Shown: positions 1 through 12,517 of the stretch, piece by piece
How the letters are laid out: every line of letters starts with the position of its first letter
Position numbering within the stretch: the first letter of the stretch is position 1
Source: Tubulanus polymorphus
Taxonomy: Eukaryota; Animalia; Nemertea
NCBI RefSeq assembly: GCF_964204645.1
Contig: NC_134032.1
Span: 6,250,275 to 6,314,274, forward strand
Length of the DNA stretch: 64,000 bases
Reading direction: 5' to 3'
Notes under the pieces: model-generated
What the model saw: only the letters and a program-made list of their open reading frames with translations
The model's database searches: none
Told to the model about the DNA's origin: nothing
Program-made: the position numbers and the translations under genes

Positions 1-188
1 TCTTTCCTGGGACATGTTTCCAGTCTTCGACATGGGTAAGTGTTAAGATCTTTCCAATTCGGTTCCCGACGAAGACTGACGTTCTAATGGTGTCACTTCT
101 TAAGTAATCCAGGACAATTCTACTGTCCGTCCAATTGGTGCTTTTCTGTAGTGGTAGTCGCAGTTCTTTCTTGAGCTTTGCTGTTGTT

Positions 189-1301
189 CTAGCTCCTAGC
201 TGCTACTAGCTCTGCTCTTGGTATGGTTTCTCCTTTGAGAGGATTTACCCTCGATCTTGCATAAACCAACTTGACTTCTGTTTTGTTCGTGTTTTTGGTT
301 CGGATGTAGGCGACAGCTCCGTGTGCCTTTTCTGATGCATCGCTGAACACATGAAGCTGGTATGTGTCACTAGTATGTGGGCTGTGACTGGTGATGCATC
401 TTTCAAATTCAATTTCGGTTACGGCTTGAGTCCCGTCTCTCCATCTCATCCACTGTTTGAGTTGTTCATCGGGAATCGGGTCGTCCCAAGTCAGCTTCAG
501 CTTACAGAGGTTTTGTGCTAGTATTCGACAATTAAGTATCCATGGTGACACTAGCCCTAATGGATCAAATTGTTTGGTCATATTTGATATTAGTTCTCTT
601 CTTGTCTTAACGGTCTTCAAATCTGGTGCTCGATAGGTAAGTTTGTCGGTTTGCGGTTTCCACTTCATTCCCAGGGTGGGCAGTTCGCTGTAGTCTTCCT
701 TTCCTACGTTTATGTCGCTTCCTGCAACAGCTTTCCGATCCTCGGGTATGTCGTCCAACACTTCTGGGTGTGTACTTGCGTACTTTCTCAATGGAAAGCC
801 GCAGCGATCGGATGTTTCATGAACAACCGTCACTTCTTTCTATGCGCTCTGCGCATGCGTCCAGGAATTCAGATTATCATCGACGTAGAATGCCTGGGTT
901 GCTGCTTTACAGATCTCTTTATCTTCATGGCGCGACTGTTCTACTAAGCCGTGTCTTAGTACGTGGCACGCGCTTGCTGGTGACGGTCTAGAACCAAATG
1001 GATGCACTGTCCATATCCACTCTTCGGTATTTCCTAATTCATCTATCCATAAGAGTCTGTACCAATTCCGATCTTCAGGGGCTACTTGAATTTGATGAAA
1101 CATTCCCTGAATGTCGCTGCTTACTGCGACTGGATATTCCCTGAATCTTATCAGAACTCCATCTAGTCTGTTGTTGAGATCAGGTCCTTTCATCAGAAGG
1201 TCATTCAAGGAGATGCCGTTTTGCTGCGCTGATCCGTCAAACACAATTCGTAGTTTGGAATTGCGGTTTTGGTTCGATACTCCATGGTGAGGTAAATACA
1301 A
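189..1301 (-). pseudogene. Pao pol: reverse transcriptase and RNase H (peptidase A17 region), broken into separate ORFs
   Basis: ORFs 840-1301 (SLNDLLMKGPDL, SSDIQGMFHQI, HPFGSRPSP, FYVDD) and 189-833 (TLGMKW, FDPLGLVSP, FSDAS, TIPRAELVAA) separated by a stop. Confidence 0.9.
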
Positions 1302-2088
1302 CTTTTCTCTTACTTCGATTTCTTCGTTCGGGACCCTCTCGATGTATCCCTTCAGCCATCAATCTACTATTGGGTATTGGTGGCAACGGCCTTTTAATTG
1401 GGATTCCTACTTCATAGCGATCACCAGTGTAGTGTGTGACAGCTTCTATTGTTTGCATGAAGCGTTTTTCTTCTGGAGAGATTTGAACCTCTTCACCAAG
1501 CGGCCCGTCATCGAACACTCGGGAGAAATGTGCATTAATGTTCTTGTTTAGATCATCTATTGAAATTTTATTGACTGAGGTGGATCTGTTCGCCGACTGA
1601 CCCCTCTGGACTGGCCCAAGTAGTGTCCAGCCAATTGCTGTTCGCATAGCATACGGTGCTTCTCGTTCTGTGGGAATTATCTCAATTGGTCGTATTGCTT
1701 CCGGTACATTCTCGCCTAAGAGTAATCCGACTGGAGCGTTACAAATTTCAAATCGACTTTTCTCAACTGATGATACTTCGAGACATCCTTTACGGTTGGA
1801 ATTTCCTTCCTGTTAATAGTTACGGTGGGATGGGTGTAGAGCTCGTGGAGTTTGACCCAATTCCCTCCTGCTAGGCCTCGTACTTCCAAGTTTCGGATCT
1901 TTCTCGCTTCAATTTCGCTGCTTGTCTGTAACATGGTAGACAGATCTAATGTCGTGGCTTGTCCTCTCAGCCCCATCTGAAAATCCATGAGAGGATTCAA
2001 AATGGCGGCGGTGTTGGAGTCGCTTCTCCGTCACTGATATGGTTTTTTGGATTTTTACCTCAATTCTCAGTTAGCCGCAAGTTTAAAC

Positions 2089-3558
2089 ATGGATCTAAAA
2101 AGACCTCTCACGGTCGTTTGTTATGGTGGAAGGATTACGGAAAGTGATATCCTATCAGCCCTGGGATCTAAATCAGTTCGAGTGCGTGCGATTCAAATCA
2201 CAAAAACTGGTGAGTGTAGAATTACGTTCAAGGACACGAGTGCAGTTGAGGATTTCATAAAAAATCCACCGAACATAAGAGACCGCACGTTAAAAGTTGA
2301 TAAAGCTGACGATGTACAAGATGTTACGAACGTTACAATTAAAGATGCACCAGTTGAATTATCAGATGCGTTCATTGCCTCCCAATTATCGACATACGGT
2401 GAGGTAATAAATGGGAGTATCAGAAGAGGGAAAATAAAAGACACCGATATTTTGAATGGCTCTATTTATGCTAAATTGCTTAAAGTGAAAAGTATAATTC
2501 CAGTTAATTCAAAATTTGGAAGATTTGAAGTCCGACTTTACTGCGATAATAATAAAACGCAGTGTGTGTATTGCGGTGAAACGGATCACCAGTATTATCG
2601 TTGTCTCTTGCGTACTCGCAAACTCTGTTTTAAATGTAAATCTCCAGACCATCTAGCAGCCAATTGTCCATCTGGCGTTTTATGTTTCTACTGCCGTAAG
2701 GAAGGGCATAAAAAATCAGAATGTCCGATATTACAGGGGTTGGAAAAAAGACTAAATTTTGACGACGACATAACTGATCATCAATCATGTGAGGACAAAT
2801 CACATTCCACAGTTAAAACTCCTACTCATACTCAGTCTACCGTCACTGACATGTCACCTGCAGAGAGCCGCACCGCTAGCTCGACAATTGTGCCCCCGAA
2901 ACATATTATTATGGGTGACTCGAACTGCTCTCGCCTGATGTTTACAGATATTCCGGAAAGCGTTCACGTGTGCAGCGTTTCGGGTGCAACGGCCCATGAT
3001 GTAAATAAACTTCTCCAGAAAGTGGACCCGTCTATTGAAAATGCGAAAATAAAATCGATAATCTGCCATCTAGGGACCAACGACATGACTCGAAACAAAG
3101 ACGATCATGACCAAACAATCCTGGATATGTCAAAAATGATAAATATCCTTCGAAATACATTTCCCAGCGCTCAAATTAATGTATCTAGTATACTACCGCG
3201 TAAAGGAAAAAGTAAGACCGCGCTAACCTACAATGACACTTCTTCAAAGATCAATAACTATCTTCGAAAGCTATGTGACAGTGAAAATCATTTGAACTAT
3301 ATAGACAATGATTTGGTATTCCAACCAAATTTTTCAGTTAACCAGTCGTTATTTGATTCAACTGATAGGTCAGGAATCCATATTGGAATCGATGGTGCCA
3401 AAGAACTTACACAAGTCTTTCTTCGTGCATTAACACCGGATCAGAATAAAAAACGAACCAGAAGTCAGACATCATCATCCGATATTAGCCCAACTGTTCA
3501 CATGGCCAAAAAGGACAGAATTTCAGTCCCGGATGATTTACCGATAACATCAGTCTAA
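2089..3558 (+). CDS. LINE ORF1: RRM-like N-terminus, three CCHC zinc knuckles and a C-terminal SGNH/GDSL esterase-like domain
   Basis: Open frame 2047-3558, first ATG at 2089. Knuckles CVYCGETDHQYYRC, CFKCKSPDHLAANC, CFYCRKEGHKKSEC. Esterase blocks IMGDSN, SVSGAT, HLGTND, DRSGIH. Confidence 0.9.
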   Translation: MDLKRPLTVVCYGGRITESDILSALGSKSVRVRAIQITKTGECRITFKDTSAVEDFIKNPPNIRDRTLKVDKADDVQDVTNVTIKDAPVELSDAFIASQLSTYGEVINGSIRRGKIKDTDILNGSIYAKLLKVKSIIPVNSKFGRFEVRLYCDNNKTQCVYCGETDHQYYRCLLRTRKLCFKCKSPDHLAANCPSGVLCFYCRKEGHKKSECPILQGLEKRLNFDDDITDHQSCEDKSHSTVKTPTHTQSTVTDMSPAESRTASSTIVPPKHIIMGDSNCSRLMFTDIPESVHVCSVSGATAHDVNKLLQKVDPSIENAKIKSIICHLGTNDMTRNKDDHDQTILDMSKMINILRNTFPSAQINVSSILPRKGKSKTALTYNDTSSKINNYLRKLCDSENHLNYIDNDLVFQPNFSVNQSLFDSTDRSGIHIGIDGAKELTQVFLRALTPDQNKKRTRSQTSSSDISPTVHMAKKDRISVPDDLPITSV

Positions 3559-3574
3559 TAATGCTACCTATTAA

Positions 3575-6508
3575 CGAGTATTATCTACCCTATACTTATT
3601 CATCATCGACATCTTTAATAATAACAAATGTCAATACTTTGATGTAAACTCTACTGTAGAGTTTGAAAAGCAACATTTTTCAATCTGTGCTTTAAACATT
3701 CGTAGTTGTAACAGAAATTTTGATACATTTTCATATTTTTTGAGCAATTTAAAAACTGACTTTTCTATTTTCGGGTTTACCGAAACCTGGACTAGCGAAC
3801 TTCATGATAATGGCAGGCTGTATAATCTCCCAGGTATGAAAAGTGTTTTTAAGTGTAGAAAAAATTGTCAGGGAGGAGGTTTGGCCCTATTTTTCAAAGA
3901 AAGTTTTAATGTGAAACTTAGACCAGATCTATCCGAGGATAGAAATACTTTTGAATGTCTATTTATTGAATTGATTCTTGAAAAAGAAAAAAATAAATTA
4001 ATTGGTCTGATCTATCGACCACCCGGACAAAGCATAAATGGCTTTAATAATGAATTAATTCCACTTTTAGTGAAACTTAATAGAGAAGACAAAGTATGCT
4101 ATCTTATGGGCGATTTCAATATCGATTTACTACAAGTTAACGCCCACAGACCAACTGATAACTATTTAGAAAATATGACTTCATTTGGGTTCATTCCATT
4201 AGTTGATAAACCCACAAGAATCACTCCCACATCCTCGACGCTTATAGATAATATTTTTTGTAACGATATTCGCCATGTGTTTAGTACGGGTATTATTTGT
4301 ACCGATATTTCGGATCATTTTCCTATTTTTACTGTCTGTAATCACGTTGAGCCCAAAATTGACCAAGAGGTGACTTCGAACAGAAACTATTGTGAACGTA
4401 ACATTTCAAAATTCAATAGAGCTCTTCTGGCCACTGATTGGTCGGATATCTATAGTAATGCAGACCCGCAACTCTCATACAGCGCATTTAACACTAAATT
4501 CATGGAATTATATAATGAATGTTTTCCTTTTTCAACTCCCCGTAAAATAAACGAAAATAAATTACATAAACCGTGGTTATCATCTGGATTATTGAAATGT
4601 ATTAAACACAAAAATCGCTTGTACAGAAAATCTTTGCGTAATAGATCACATTTGAAAAATTATTTGAATTACAAACGTACCTTGTCTCGTACACTCAAAT
4701 ATGCCGAGAAAAAGTATTATGAGACTAAATTACTTGCAGCCAAATCCGACATGAAAAAATCATGGAATATCTTAAACAGTCTAATTGGAAAATCTTCCAA
4801 TGATCGGTGTAGATAACCTTGCTCTTTCAAAAGGAACGGTGTCGTTGTAAACGGCTATGAAAATATCGCTAATGAATTTAATTCTTTCTTTGTAAATATT
4901 GGTAGCAACCTAGCCAATCAAATACCAGATACAGGTGTCCACTTCAGTGAATATCTGACAGATCCAGTAAATGAAAACTTTTTCTTTTTCCCAACCCACC
5001 CTGATGAAATCAGTCAGATTGTAAATGATTTCTCACCCAGCAAAGGCGCTGGTGCTGATGGTTTCTCTGTAAAAGTAGTTAAGAAAATAATTGATTCTGT
5101 AAAATACCCGCTAACTCATATATTTAACTGTAGCTTAAATTCCGGTATAGTGCCGGCTGAACTGAAGGTAGCGCGAATACGTCCACTCTATAAAGCTGGC
5201 AATAATGACTCTTTTGATAATTACAGACCGATATCCGTACTGCCTTGCTTTTCTAAAATTCTCGAAAAGATAGTGTATAATCGATTAACCGAATATTGTA
5301 ACAAGTTTCATATCATTCAACCAAACCAGTTCGGCTTTCGAAAGAACCATTCAACTGCCATGGCCTTAACATTGATAACTGATGAAATTTCACAAAATTT
5401 AGAAGAAAACAAATCAACTATTGGGGTATTCTTAGATTTATCAAAAGCCTTTGACACCGTTGATCACGAAATCTTATTAAGAAAATTATGTTTTTATGGA
5501 ATAAGAGGCATCTCTAACAACTGGTTTGAAAACTATTTGAAGAATAGAAAACAATTTGTTCAAATTCAAAATTATAAATCCTCGTTATGTACCGTTAAAA
5601 CTGGAGTACCCCAAGGCTCAATTTTAGGTCCCTTGCTTTTTTTATTATATGTAAACGACTGTATTAAATTTTCTAATGTGTTAAAACTTATATTGTTTGC
5701 CGATGACACAAATGCCTTTTATAGTGACATTAATTTAGACAGATTAGTACGTACAGTAAACATTGAATTATCAAAATTGTATACCTGGTTTCAAACAAAC
5801 AAGCTGTCATTAAATGTAAAGAAGACGTCATTTATGGTGTTCGGTAAACTATTGAAACATAACTTGAGAATATCAATTAACAATATAGAGATCAAACAAG
5901 TCAATGTCACAAATTTTCTTGGAGTCTTTATTGACAGACATTTAACCTGGGACGATCAAATAAAATCAGTTGAAAAAAAAGTTTCTCGAAGCATTGGTAT
6001 AATAAATAGAGTAAGACATAAGCTGCCAGTGAGTTCTCTTCGTACCCTTTATTTGTCGCTTATTGATCCTTACCTCCAGTATTGTAACTTAGTTTGGGGA
6101 CGAAATTTTGAAAATAAACTTCAGCCATTAATTGTATTGCAAAAAAGAGCTATCAGGCTAATTTCTAATTCCTATTATTTGGCGCACACTGACCCTATAT
6201 TCAAAGCTTATAATATCCTCAAGCTCAAAGATATCAATAAACTTCAGCTAGGTACTTTTATCTACAGATCTGTCCACTCCGAATTACCGAAATCATTCGA
6301 AAATTATTGGAACCAAAATTTTCAAATCCACAGTCACAATACTCGGCGACGTCAAGATTTACAAACACTTTCTTTCAATAGTCTAAGAAGAAAATTTTCA
6401 GTAAAAGTATCCGGCCCTTTACTTTGGAATAACATCAGTGAAAATCTAAAAAACATGGAAAATTCTAAACTGTTCCTAAGAAATTATAGAAAGCAACTTT
6501 GTGCTTGA
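3575..6508 (+). pseudogene. LINE ORF2: APE endonuclease plus reverse transcriptase, one in-frame TAA at 4814-4816
   Basis: APE motifs ALNIRS, GFTETW, GGGLA, IYRPP, MGDFNIDL, LIDNIF, SDHFP. RT motifs YRPISVL, QFGFR, FLDLSKAFD, GVPQGSILGP, FADD. ORFs 3740-4816 and 5150-6508 share a frame and the gap reads as conserved sequence (IANEFNSFFVNIG). Confidence 0.93.
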
Positions 6509-7415
6509 TTTTATCATACAGTTATTCGAACTAAAATTATTGTTTTTGGAATATTTCAGAAATAACTGGCTTATTAAATGATTATATCTTAATCAAGCTG
6601 TTATCATAGTTTACTTTGATTGCATTTTGTGTGTTAAGGGTTGACTGTGAGCATATTATTTTCTTTATTGCATTTCTCTTTTTTTCTTTTCTCTTTTGAG
6701 GGACCTGTTTTATACAAACTATTCCTTAGTTTCTACAGGCCCCTCCAGGTCTAATTTACTGTATTTTGTATTATGCTTTGTACACTATGCTGTAAATTAT
6801 ATTTGAAAAATAAAGTGTTCAAATCAAATCTTTTTAGCCAAAGTATCAGTGATAAAGCTGGCCCCGGCCCCAGTATCAAGGAACGCTTTCGTAGCAATTT
6901 CGACTCCATTGTCCAGACTACGAAGTCTCACCGGTAATACAGCCATAGCTATAGTCCCTTGAGACCAAACTTTTCTTGAGTTAACAGGTTCAGGTGCATC
7001 GTGTGCCGCTTGTAGGCCATGCTTCGTTGGGTCTACTTTGCTGTTTCCTTATTTCTTCATTACCAGACAATCTCTTATCATGTTCTAGGCACTTGTAACA
7101 TCGGCATAATTTCTTCAAAATTTCATTTCGATCAGTTCTTGTCAATCGCTTCAATATCCAACACTCCTGGAGCAAGTGATCTCCCTTGCAGTGATGGCAG
7201 TATTCATTTCGTTCATTGGACGCTACATTATATAGGGGTCTTAGATTTGGTCGCTATTCTTCCATGTTGATTTAGCTTCATCTTCTTGGGTCGGTCTAGA
7301 ACCATATCGTGGATTTGAAACCACTTTGGCCTCAATATCATATCATATTTATTTTCTGAATAATTTACATCAATGTATAAAAGATATAAAAGATATATAA
7401 GACTTACATTACAAC

Positions 7416-7696
<281 letters not shown>

Positions 7697-9644
7697 ACTG
7701 ATGTAAAATAACAGCAGGGCAACCCGAAAAAAGCAAAGCTTGTAGTATGTTCACATGAGTTAGTAATTGTCTATGATGGAATTCTTTAGATTTCTTTTAA
7801 AAGAACAGAAATTTTTAGATAGTTTTAACTTAGGATTCAAAGTGTTCCAAAGTCTTGGACCTTTCGATCTTAATGAGTTGTAACGAAGGTTGGTTCTTGA
7901 ATATGGGATTACGAAATTGATACCAGTACTATTTCGAGTGTTGTGGTTGTGAATTTGCGAATTAAGTGAAAAGAAATCATCGAAGGCTTTAGGGACATCA
8001 TTTTTATTATATAAGTACATGAACTAGCAAATTTGTAGTTTGTTGATATCCTCTAATTTCAAAAGTTTGTACTTTTTGAATAAAGGTGACGTGTGCGCTA
8101 AGTAGCCGCTTCCATTAATCGCTCTAATCGCTTTCTTTTGTAATACCACTAGACAGTTAAGATTAGTAGTGGTATTATTTGCCCAAGTCATGTTACAATA
8201 ATGAATGTAAGGATGAATAAGAGAATAGTACAATTTTAGAAGAACGGACCGTGGAACATAACGTGATAAGCGTCGGATGATACCAATACCTTGTGCCACT
8301 TTCTTCGCAATATTTTGTATATGGGCTTTCCAATTTAAATTATCATCAATTTGGACACCTACAAATTTGGTGTTACTTTTTGTAAAGGTACATCACCGAT
8401 ATATATTCGGAAGTCCTTTTTTTTCTTAGCTCTACTAAATACCATGAAATGTGTTTTGTCAAGATTTAATGAAAGTTTATTTGACTTAAACCAGACGTCC
8501 AAGTTTGCAAGTTCAAAATTGACAGTTTTCTCCAAAATTCTGTACTCTTTATGGGAAGCAAAGATATTAGTATCATCCGCGAACATTATAGTCTGAAAAA
8601 TGGCTGACGCATTGGGACAATCGTCAATGTACAAAATAAAGAGAAGAAGACCCAAGATCGATCCTTGCGGGACTCCACATATTATTTTCATTCGATTGGA
8701 TGTTTTATCTCCATATTTTACACACTGAAGTCGGTTACAAAGATAATTTTTAAACCAGATATTAGCTAAACCTCTGATACCATAGTGTTCAAGTTTGCTT
8801 AATAGTATTGCATGATCTATGGTATCAAAAGCTTTAGATAAATCTAAAAAAATACCTAAAATAGTCTCTCCACAATCCAATTTATCAATTAAGTTATCGA
8901 TTATTTTTGTTAGGGCATATGAAGTAGAATGTTTTTTCCTAAACCCAAACTGGGAGTCTGAAATTACATTATGAGTTTCAAGAAACTCAATGACACGGCA
9001 ATACATGATTTTTTCTGAAATCTTAGAGAGGCATGGTAGGATTGAGATGGGGCGATAATTTGTGAAACTTGCCTTATCCCCGGTTTTATAAATTGGACAA
9101 ACCTGAGCAATTTTGAGAGCACTAGGAAAAACGCCAGATACCAAACTAAGATTAAAGATGTATACTAAGGGATCAGAGATAAGATGGATGACCTCCTTTA
9201 ATAATTTCTGACTAATATTATCAACTCCAGAACTATTCTTTGATTTAAAAAGTTTAACAATATTTTCTATTTCTAATTTAGTCACTGGAGCAAGGAAAAT
9301 TGTGTCTTCAACTCTGTTTTTCAGATAACTCTTGAAATCTTTGTTTGTATCTGGAATTTTATCAGCTAGTTTTGGGCCGATATTTATAAAAAAGTCATTG
9401 AAATTATTAGCTATATCGAGGGGGTCAGTAATGAATTGATCATTGTGTCTGAACTTTTCAGGAAAATCTGACGATTTTCTTTTATGTAATATAGAATTGA
9501 TTAATCCCCAGGTCTGCTTGGAATCAGTCCCTATAGTTTCAAACTTTTGCATGTAGAAATCTTTTTTGCCACGCGTATACATTTGTGAAAACAGTTTCTG
9601 TATTTAGTAAACACTGATTTTGATTCAGCTGACCTCTTCTTAAG

Positions 9645-12033
9645 CGGTTCCTGAACTTCGCTGAAAAAGCTGAATCACTGAAACGCTGAAACGCTGAAAT
9701 AAAAACGCTGAAATTTCAGGGAATTTCCGAAAAACGCCGAAATTTCAGGGAATTCCCGAAAAACGCTGAAATCGTGCTAGGTACCAACAATACACGTTTT
9801 GAAATATTTTCCGGGCCGGTGTCCGCTGCCGAGTCCTGAACCGTGTTTTAGTCTCTACCTTCGGTTACAGAGACACGCATGGACAGTATGTGTGGAGTAT
9901 ACTTTTAGAGGGCCACTTGTTGGACAAATTAATTCGCTTGAAATCCGGATTTTTAATGCATACAGGCAGCATAATGAGGAAAACCCATTCACAAACCGTG
10001 CAAGCCAACTTAAACACTATGCTCAATATTCCCTGCAAGACGCAAAATATCTTATTTGAACGTTCATGTATAAAACATGGAGCAACTTTTTTTTTGTCAA
10101 CACGTTGATGGGCGACGGACTATGTCACTATGGTATTCTCTGAAGGAGGTAAATTAAATTTGACAGCTAGTTATATAAATGATGCAGCTTTTGGACAAAA
10201 GGGATCTAACTAAATTTCTTTTTAATTCACTGTGGAATGGAATGGAATGGATTGACGCCAATGGCATGCAGTAGGCCCCTACGTATGGGTCATACTGATT
10301 AGCGTCAACCAATTAATCTAAATCGGGCTAACCATTCAACAACTGTGAATAATTTATTTGCTGTGGCGTGATAATAATTAGTTTTTTTGAAGAAATGACA
10401 TACCAACTGTTAGAAAAATGTACCGATTCTTATTTTTAGACTACTACTGAATCTATAAAAGGAGGAGTCATAGACAAAGTTGATTTGCTTAGCTGGTGAC
10501 ACTTCTTGTCAAGTACATCATCTCAAGTACTGGGTGTTTTGTAAGTTTAATTTCAGTATTTATTTACTAAGTGCTGTTCTCTCGGACCTCAGTGCTTTCA
10601 AACTAGGCCCACCCCATAGGCTATATAGTCCAGGGTGTATTAGCCACTATTCTTTTATATCCGACTAAAATGCACCTTTTTCTATTTTTAGATTCAGGCT
10701 TAGAATGTGCAAATTTTTTGAGATACTGAGAAATCAGATGGCACCAGTAAACTTCAACTGCGAAATTTGCAGCAGGATAGCTGAACGACACAATTTTTAA
10801 AAATAAAATGGCTATTCGAATGCTATTTCAATTATAACTTGATTCAACCAGAGAGAAATAAGTCAATTGCGGATGTACAGTACACCCACTTTTCTTCCCT
10901 GTTTCCTGGTACCAAATTTTTAGTCTTAAGCTAAGCGATATTCTAAGGTATACTAGTGGATTTCATTAGAATATGAAGCAATGGAACCAGAATTCTAGTT
11001 AAGCGAACTATTGATTCTGATATAATGTAAGAACTGATTTCCTTTGTATACTCTTGCAGAATGTGTTATGTATTATTTCAAGCTGTTAAATAATATAGTT
11101 AGACAAATGTCCAATTATTGGATCTTTCTTGTTGACTCGTTTAATTTTGTGAGTTAAGAGTTCCAGTCAATCCACAATGTGCAGTGCCTAGCCTTCATCT
11201 ACACTAAAGCCATGCCTGTGTATGGGAAAAAAATATCGTTCGACTCCTATAGGCCAGACACATCAAAGCATGCAATACATTGCAGATAGTAGTCTCCGGC
11301 AAGTCGAAAGAGAAAGTAAACCAGGTTTTACCCCGTACCCTACCCGGGAACAAAGACACTTAAAGATTCCTTCCTCCTTGTAGAAATTGTAGAAATATGG
11401 CACCCAATTGTAGCAATGCTAAGTACTATACTATGACGGTTGAACCTTTATTAACGAATTTCAATGACACCGAAAATAGAATCAAAATAATCATTAGTTC
11501 CATGCTAGCACTTAATTTGGGTTATCAGGTTCAGCCTGATAACCCAACTGTACTTTCAACTGTACTTTCATTCAGCTACTACTTGTATGAGACTTGGCAA
11601 TGATAAGTTGCAAGAAATCACCAAACATAAGAAAAAATATTGTGAATTAATATTACTGTGATTAAGAATTTATTCAAATGAAGTGATAACTTCATTGTTA
11701 GATCGTACCGGTATATGCACATAAAACTATGGCAAAAAACACATCTAACAATCCACGCAATCCGCAATCGATCAAGTCGATCACGACGACGACCTTCGGG
11801 CATGTCTCTGTAACCGAAGGTAGAGCATAAAACACGGTTCAGGACTCGTCAGCGGACACCGGCCCGGAAAACATTTCAAAACGTGTATTGTCGGTACCTA
11901 GCACGATTTCAGCGTTTTTCGGGAATTCCCTGAAATTTCGGCGTTTTTCGGAAATTCCCTGAAATTTCAGCGTTTTTATTTCAGCGTTTCAGCTTTTCAG
12001 TGTTTCAATTTTTTCAGCGAAGTTCAGGAACCG
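9645..12033. mobile_element. Non-autonomous DNA transposon with ~230-bp TIRs, Mutator/MULE-like
   Basis: 9645-~9878 is the reverse complement of ~11800-12033, with internal GCTGAAA subrepeats. CTTCTTAAG is duplicated at 9636-9644 and 12034-12042. Excision restores LINE ORF2 (EYLKKRSAESK). No transposase recognised inside. Confidence 0.88.
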
Positions 12034-12517
12034 CTTCTTAAGATACTCTGTATAGAACTTCTCCTTATGTTTTAGTGAAATTAATAGACCTCTTGTCATC
12101 CAAGGGTGTAGCTTATCTTTTAATCGATTCCATTTCCTTTTGATTACTGGGAATGAGTTGTCATAGTATTTAGTAAATAAGGTGATAAATGTATTGTACG
12201 CCAATTCAGTATTGGTGCTATTATATACATCATTCCATTTTTCGGCCATTAAATACCTATCTCAACAAATGTTACCAAGTCTTCGTATCTTGCTGGATAT
12301 CCAGTCTTACTGAAGATATTCGTATCCCGTCTGATCCATTTATATTACAGGCAATCTGGTAACTTGTCAACAATCTGGTTCATTGTTGTTGGGTGTCCTA
12401 GCTCTGTTAACCGTCCTAGCCCCTTAAGTGCGTTGAAGCTTTCTCTTAGAAGAATAGCATATCTGTCCATCTCGACTGGTGCTTTCATAGATAGTCTAGG
12501 CCAGGCTTTCAACTTTT

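Larger units (their letters stand above)
1979..6827 (+). mobile_element. Full-length CR1/L2-group non-LTR retrotransposon (LINE), inserted in Pao pol
   Basis: 5'UTR, ORF1, APE-RT ORF2, 3'UTR stem (GAGGGACCTG..CAGGCCCCTC, ~6698-6746), AATAAA at ~6809 and short (CAAAT)n tail. Flanked by an ATCT duplication (1975-1978 / 6828-6831). Confidence 0.95.

Noticed and set aside
4814-4816. Programmed stop-codon readthrough in LINE ORF2
   Set aside because: A TAA in the APE-RT linker without an evident readthrough context; a single nonsense mutation is simpler.
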